From a virus (lineage: Duplodnaviria; Caudoviricetes): a stretch of 40,982 nucleotides of DNA. The DNA lies in the IMG/VR virus record IMGVR_UViG_3300029171_000019, positions 1 through 40,982 of that record; one strand, 5' to 3'. Below are positions 37,601 to 40,982 of this stretch, in pieces (positions within the stretch are counted from its first letter, which is position 1; every line of letters begins with the position of its first letter). The position numbers and the translations under genes are program-made. Under the pieces are notes generated by a model. The model was not told the origin of the DNA. It ran no database searches and saw only the letters and a program-made list of their open reading frames with translations.

Positions 37601-38458
37601 TGGGCGCTGAACGTCAACAGCGGCGCGATTCGGCTGAACGGAACGATCCGCACCGCACTAACCGCTTCAAAATGCGTGCAGACCGACGCGAGCGGAAACC
37701 TGACATCAGCCGGGGACGTTTGCGGAACACCTTCCGGAGGCGTGTCATGGGGTGCGATCGGAGGCACACTTTCCGACCAGACGGATCTGCAGGCCGCGCT
37801 CGATGCGAAGATCTCGGCATCTTCGACCGATACGCTCACAAACAAAACTTTTGACACGGCGGGGACCGGGAACGTATTTGAAATTAACGGGACCGGGATT
37901 ACGGCCGTGACCGGGACCGGAAGCGTAGTCCTTCACACAAGCCCTACGCTCGTCACGCCTACGCTTGGAGTCGCGATCGCAACCACGATCAACAAGGTCA
38001 CGCTGACAGCTCCGGCCTCAGGTGCCACACTCACGATTGCGGACGGAAAAACGCTGACTATTTCCAACACCATCACTTTTAGCGGAACCGATTCCGTCGC
38101 GATGAATGTCTCGAACAACAAACTTTCCGGCTTCGGCATTACCATCGATGGCGGCGGTTCCGCAGTCACTACCGGCTCGAAAGGATTCGTCACCGTTCCT
38201 TTCGATTGCACGATCACGAACTGGTACCTAGCCGCGGATCAGAGCGGAAGCGTTGTGATTGACGTCAAGCGCTCCGGATCTTCCATCGTGGGCGGGGGCG
38301 GGAACAAACCAACGCTGTCGTCCGCGCAGACCGGAAACGCAGCCGTGTCTTCCTGGACCTCAACCGCAGTTTCGGCCGGGGACATTATCGAATTCAACGT
38401 GGATTCCGCGAGCACCCTGACCCGGGTAAATTTAGTTCTGAAGGTGACCAAGACATGA
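34649..38458 (+). CDS. Large mosaic fibre/adhesin-like protein with a putative signal peptide
   Basis: AGGAG 9 nt before ATG 34649; G/T/S-rich phage fibre repeats. Confidence 0.75.
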   Translation: MDFFRQNKIIPFLVSLLIAIPTSYAVTKVPAKDVTVNASGFGHTLTTGATDVQKALEQINALNVGISSLTSTDGSITITTPAAGVKNLAVVFPGKSKVSSGDTTADYLFTKLVAGSGINLIKNNAGGNETITIDSEASAPAWGDITGTLSNQTDLQAELDAKVPTTRTVNGYALSSNVTITKSDIGLGNVENTALSTWAGSSSLTTLGTIASGIWQGTAIADSYIASAATWNAKLTSPMTTLGDIIYGSTAGAAARLAGNTTTTKKFLRQTGDGVDSAAPAWDTVTKADVGLSDVENTALSTWAGSTNLTTLGTIGTGTWNATTIGVTKGGTGLTSFTQGDLIYASASNTLFALAKDTNATRYLSNTGTSNAPAWAQINLANGVTGNLPVTNLNSGTDASSSTFWRGDGTWASVPAGGITGLTADTGGTTTGTTVTLAGGTYLTTARSTDTITTDLDPAAMGVDISFGNNTATCFKWTLNVAGTDDPYIEACHDSGAGTSYLNLRPGALDLMLLDDLTIKDTTPNVRWYDITSGALDYEGQVESNQFVLKAIGDVSGGDPYNTRRWLIHNSSSDGLSDTLQIGESTFGGMVFGESASPDAYINFVRNADVYDSVYDLATFNVRSSDLVNPVEAGFGQRIRFTGENASGSTAEGMGAMTFVWEDPTNNQETAQWIFYVENLGSLTEFLRVDENLRGGWGGVTGPSATWHVREQSTDVNDTIALLNIEAKLSSGTAEAGFGAKFTMSAQNFGGTANQVQHQMESIWNTTNTSEILYKQVIGGSLYTYQRADETGAVIFGDASNSAARVHIAYSTSGTNDIADILLTERKSSGTAAAGLGLRNLARIQDDAGSMVNAWALRTELVSAATGSVSTSIKEFNRQAGSFLQVRYVGADGSTAIGTTTTPNGFFDVHRPNKTGVTGDLPAFFVSAHTIETTNGTTIANQRTGYFQAPTLNTASGTATWTNASTVYIDAAPIAGTGVTITNPWALNVNSGAIRLNGTIRTALTASKCVQTDASGNLTSAGDVCGTPSGGVSWGAIGGTLSDQTDLQAALDAKISASSTDTLTNKTFDTAGTGNVFEINGTGITAVTGTGSVVLHTSPTLVTPTLGVAIATTINKVTLTAPASGATLTIADGKTLTISNTITFSGTDSVAMNVSNNKLSGFGITIDGGGSAVTTGSKGFVTVPFDCTITNWYLAADQSGSVVIDVKRSGSSIVGGGGNKPTLSSAQTGNAAVSSWTSTAVSAGDIIEFNVDSASTLTRVNLVLKVTKT

Positions 38459-39576
38459 TGAAGAAATTTTTATCAGCGTTTCTTTCCGTTTTCCTTTTGG
38501 CGTCCCCGGCGCACGCGACGATGGTCAATTTCGGGGAAACGCAATGGCCATCTCAACTTTTTGCATTTGACGCGAATTGGTCAGGTGGTTTCAACACGAA
38601 CGCTATGAATTCTTTGAACGAATACGGTGGATGCGTTTTTCAACTGCCGGCAGCCGTGACGGTTCGAAAAGTCGGCGTCTATGTGACCGCAACAAGTTCT
38701 TTCATCGGGACGGCGTCGGCTGGAATTGAAACAATAACCGACACAACAGGAAACCCTTCAGGAACACCCGTCGGAACTTTCGGAACATTTACTCCCGCAG
38801 CGACGACCTTTTTCTGGGTAACGCTTGGAGCGGATGCTTCGCTTTCTGCAAATACGCCTTATTTCGCCGGTTCAAAGGTGACAGCGTTTACGAGCGGTAG
38901 CTACACGCAAGCGGTGAGCTATGCCAGCGCCGCTTTTGAAACAGGGTACCCGTACGCATTTTCAGGTTCATCCACAAAGGCAGATTCTGCCTGCGTTATC
39001 GGATTGGAAGATGATAGCGGAAACAAAATTAAAATCATGGGCGCTGCACCCGCGACAGCCGCCGCCGCTGAAACGTGGGCCTCGAATTCAAATCCTGATC
39101 GCCGGGGCGTTAGGTTCCAAATCGCAGCTCCGGCACGATTAAAAGGCGTCGCAATCAATGGTGACCACGACCAGGACATGAACGTTATTTTTTATGCCTC
39201 GGACGGAGCAACCGCCACGACAATGGCTTATGACGGGAGTATTCGAAGTAACACCGGCCAGAAAATTTCTTATTTTACGATCACACCGACAAGCCTCGCA
39301 AAAGCGACTTGGTACCGAATCGTGATTTTACCGACGACGACAACGAGCGGAACCGGGTTCTACACCGCGACTGTTGCGACGGCGTCGGATCTTGACTGTT
39401 GGGGACCCGGGCAAAATTTCATGTTTACAACCGTCAACGGAACGCCGACCGGGAACGGTGACTGGACTAATACGGACACCAAAGCGCCCATCGGATTTTC
39501 TTTGATCTTCGATCAATTCGATGATGGAACCGGAAGCGGTGGAAGCGGCGGTTCTTATACTTTCATTGGGAGCTAA
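38455..39576 (+). CDS. Secreted beta-rich protein
   Basis: Signal peptide [21 protein letters not shown]. Confidence 0.75.
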   Translation: MMKKFLSAFLSVFLLASPAHATMVNFGETQWPSQLFAFDANWSGGFNTNAMNSLNEYGGCVFQLPAAVTVRKVGVYVTATSSFIGTASAGIETITDTTGNPSGTPVGTFGTFTPAATTFFWVTLGADASLSANTPYFAGSKVTAFTSGSYTQAVSYASAAFETGYPYAFSGSSTKADSACVIGLEDDSGNKIKIMGAAPATAAAAETWASNSNPDRRGVRFQIAAPARLKGVAINGDHDQDMNVIFYASDGATATTMAYDGSIRSNTGQKISYFTITPTSLAKATWYRIVILPTTTTSGTGFYTATVATASDLDCWGPGQNFMFTTVNGTPTGNGDWTNTDTKAPIGFSLIFDQFDDGTGSGGSGGSYTFIGS

Positions 39577-39580
39577 AACG

Positions 39581-39826
39581 ATGCCGACACTCCGCGAAGA
39601 ATTTCAGGAACTGAAAGACAAAGTCTGCTCGATCCACGCAGCGCTTATTGGGAACATTCAAGAACCCGATACCGTGAAAGCAAGCATCATGGCGCGAGTC
39701 GAGGATCACGAAAAATTTATTAAATTCTGGCGTCAATTCGGATGGGCGCTCGTCGTTTCCTGCCTCACTATTCCTCCCGCTGTTTGCACGGCCGTCATTC
39801 TTGCGGTTCTTCACCTGCCCCGGTAA
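39581..39826 (+). CDS. Coiled-coil plus C-terminal TM protein (holin/XhlA-like)
   Basis: Hydrophobic C-terminus; position after the fibre genes. Confidence 0.5.
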   Translation: MPTLREEFQELKDKVCSIHAALIGNIQEPDTVKASIMARVEDHEKFIKFWRQFGWALVVSCLTIPPAVCTAVILAVLHLPR

Positions 39827-40123
39827 ATGAGTAGATGGCGTGAAATCGGGTATCATTTTCTAGGAATCTTCACAAGCGCCTGGTGGCACCTGAAAGGGAT
39901 CTTCCGGGCCCTAACCGAAAAGAGGGAACCCATGGCTCCGATTTTGAACACTCTGCATGAAGGATTGAAAAACTTCATCGAGGAACACATCGTCGATATT
40001 CCCGATGAAAAGAAAGAAGCCTTCCGGCAAAAAGGCGCGGACCTGATCGCTAAACTGGTGGAAGCCGGTGCGAAGGGCGCTGCAGAAGGAATCGCCGAAA
40101 AGGCCCATGATCATGCCGCTTAA
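39827..40123 (+). CDS. Hypothetical protein; possible second start at 39932
   Basis: Starts right after the previous stop; GAGGG RBS before internal ATG 39932. Confidence 0.55.
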   Translation: MSRWREIGYHFLGIFTSAWWHLKGIFRALTEKREPMAPILNTLHEGLKNFIEEHIVDIPDEKKEAFRQKGADLIAKLVEAGAKGAAEGIAEKAHDHAA

Positions 40124-40664
40124 AGACCACGCGCAAACCGGCGATATTCTTTTCGTTTATGGAAAAGGATTCACGTCCAGTTTGATCCGTCTCTTCAGCC
40201 TTGGGAAAGCCACGCACGTCGGAATCGTCTTTGATTCCGAGAGGATCTACGAAACCGACGGCGCGTGGCTTCGCAGCAAAGTAAACGACCTCTCCAAATA
40301 CGATCAAAAGAATTATCGTCTTTTCAGGATCGACGGCCTTACAAAATCCCAAAAAGAAAAAATTAAAAAGGTGTGCATCGAACGAAGCGGGACGTTTTAT
40401 TCTTATTGGGATTGCGCGGTCCAGGGCGTCACGTTTTTTTTGAATCAGAAAATGAAAGACTGGATCGCCGCCAAACTGTCGAACAGCCTCTTCACGAAAT
40501 GCGACGAGGAGACGCGCATCGTATTAATGAAGGCGCTTTGCCCGGGATTCCCTGGGAACCTTTGCCAGTTCATTTCCGCGAATATCGGGGGAGGCAACCC
40601 CGAGGCCTTCCTTCAGGCGATTGCAAACCGCAAGGGATTCTCCGAAGTGCTCACGCAGATTTAG
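40107..40664 (+). CDS. Permuted papain-like (YiiX/YebB NlpC/P60) amidase
   Basis: GDILF...HVGI...Y...C order (His before Cys). Confidence 0.7.
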   Translation: MIMPLKDHAQTGDILFVYGKGFTSSLIRLFSLGKATHVGIVFDSERIYETDGAWLRSKVNDLSKYDQKNYRLFRIDGLTKSQKEKIKKVCIERSGTFYSYWDCAVQGVTFFLNQKMKDWIAAKLSNSLFTKCDEETRIVLMKALCPGFPGNLCQFISANIGGGNPEAFLQAIANRKGFSEVLTQI

Positions 40665-40960
40665 TCAGTTAAAAGATTCAAAGTAGTTACTTCAACTTCC
40701 ACCCTGCCGGCCCATTCAGAACTGATGAAACTCTTTTTTATTGGTTGCGCAAAATCGACAGAATAATTTGGCCTCAGAAAGTCATTATTTAAAAATATTG
40801 GGTATTGGTAGACTTTTTTTCCGTTTCTATCCAGAAAATACACCGTCACGCCCAAGCCAGTAGCAGTTTTTGCCCAGACATTTTTGAGCGTACCCTTTAC
40901 GATTTTCATTGGTATTAGAGATCCGGAAACTTCGATGTCATCTGCTAGCCCGTCTTCCAC
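40661..40960 (-). CDS. 5'-truncated hypothetical protein on the opposite strand
   Basis: Open up to the primer tag; AT-richer than the rest of the window. Confidence 0.45.
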   Translation of the reverse strand: MEDGLADDIEVSGSLIPMKIVKGTLKNVWAKTATGLGVTVYFLDRNGKKVYQYPIFLNNDFLRPNYSVDFAQPIKKSFISSEWAGRVEVEVTTLNLLTD

Positions 40961-40965
40961 GCGCA

Positions 40966-40982
40966 GATCGTGACTGGGAAAC
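40966..40982 (-). other. Random-amplification primer tag (technical artefact)
   Basis: Exact reverse complement of GTTTCCCAGTCACGATC (round A/B, SISPA-type primer). Confidence 0.9.

Noticed and set aside
34649-38458. Diversity-generating retroelement TR/VR pair
   Set aside because: No reverse transcriptase in the window, and differences between repeats are not adenine-specific.
1-40982. Stop-codon recoding (TAG is rare)
   Set aside because: Genes are intact in the standard code, and TAG ends ORFs at 13185 and 40664.
1-40982. Integrase, repressor, att site or DNA polymerase; host assignment
   Set aside because: None recognisable in the window, so lifestyle and host cannot be called.

Overview
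The window is almost entirely one tailed dsDNA bacteriophage (contractile-tail, myovirus-type), apparently a partial contig. All phage genes are on the + strand with tight ATGA/TAATG overlaps and the standard genetic code. Gene order: (1) replication/recombination module (SNF2-like helicase, VRR-NUC nuclease, putative SSB, TOPRIM primase-helicase, a symmetric GGTACC origin-like array, RecD/Dda-like helicase); (2) accessory region (PAPS-reductase/PP-loop protein, GIY-YIG nuclease, ParB-like proteins, two atypical tRNA-like RNAs, small ORFs, a sigma-70-like factor); (3) packaging and head (TerS, TerL, portal, MuF, DUF2213-like protease/scaffold, decoration protein, major capsid); (4) neck, sheath, tube, frameshifted chaperone, short tape measure and baseplate; (5) fibres, including two proteins with Sec-type signal peptides; (6) a possible lysis region. 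The last 17 nt are a random-amplification primer tag. The most unusual observations are foreign domains (ParB-like, KOW-like) inserted in head proteins between recurring Asn-Ala/Ser motifs, suggesting protease-released capsid cargo; a tRNA with an 8-nt anticodon loop next to a ~140-nt expanded tRNA-like RNA; and signal-peptide-bearing fibre proteins. All family calls come from motif recognition and synteny; no searches were run.
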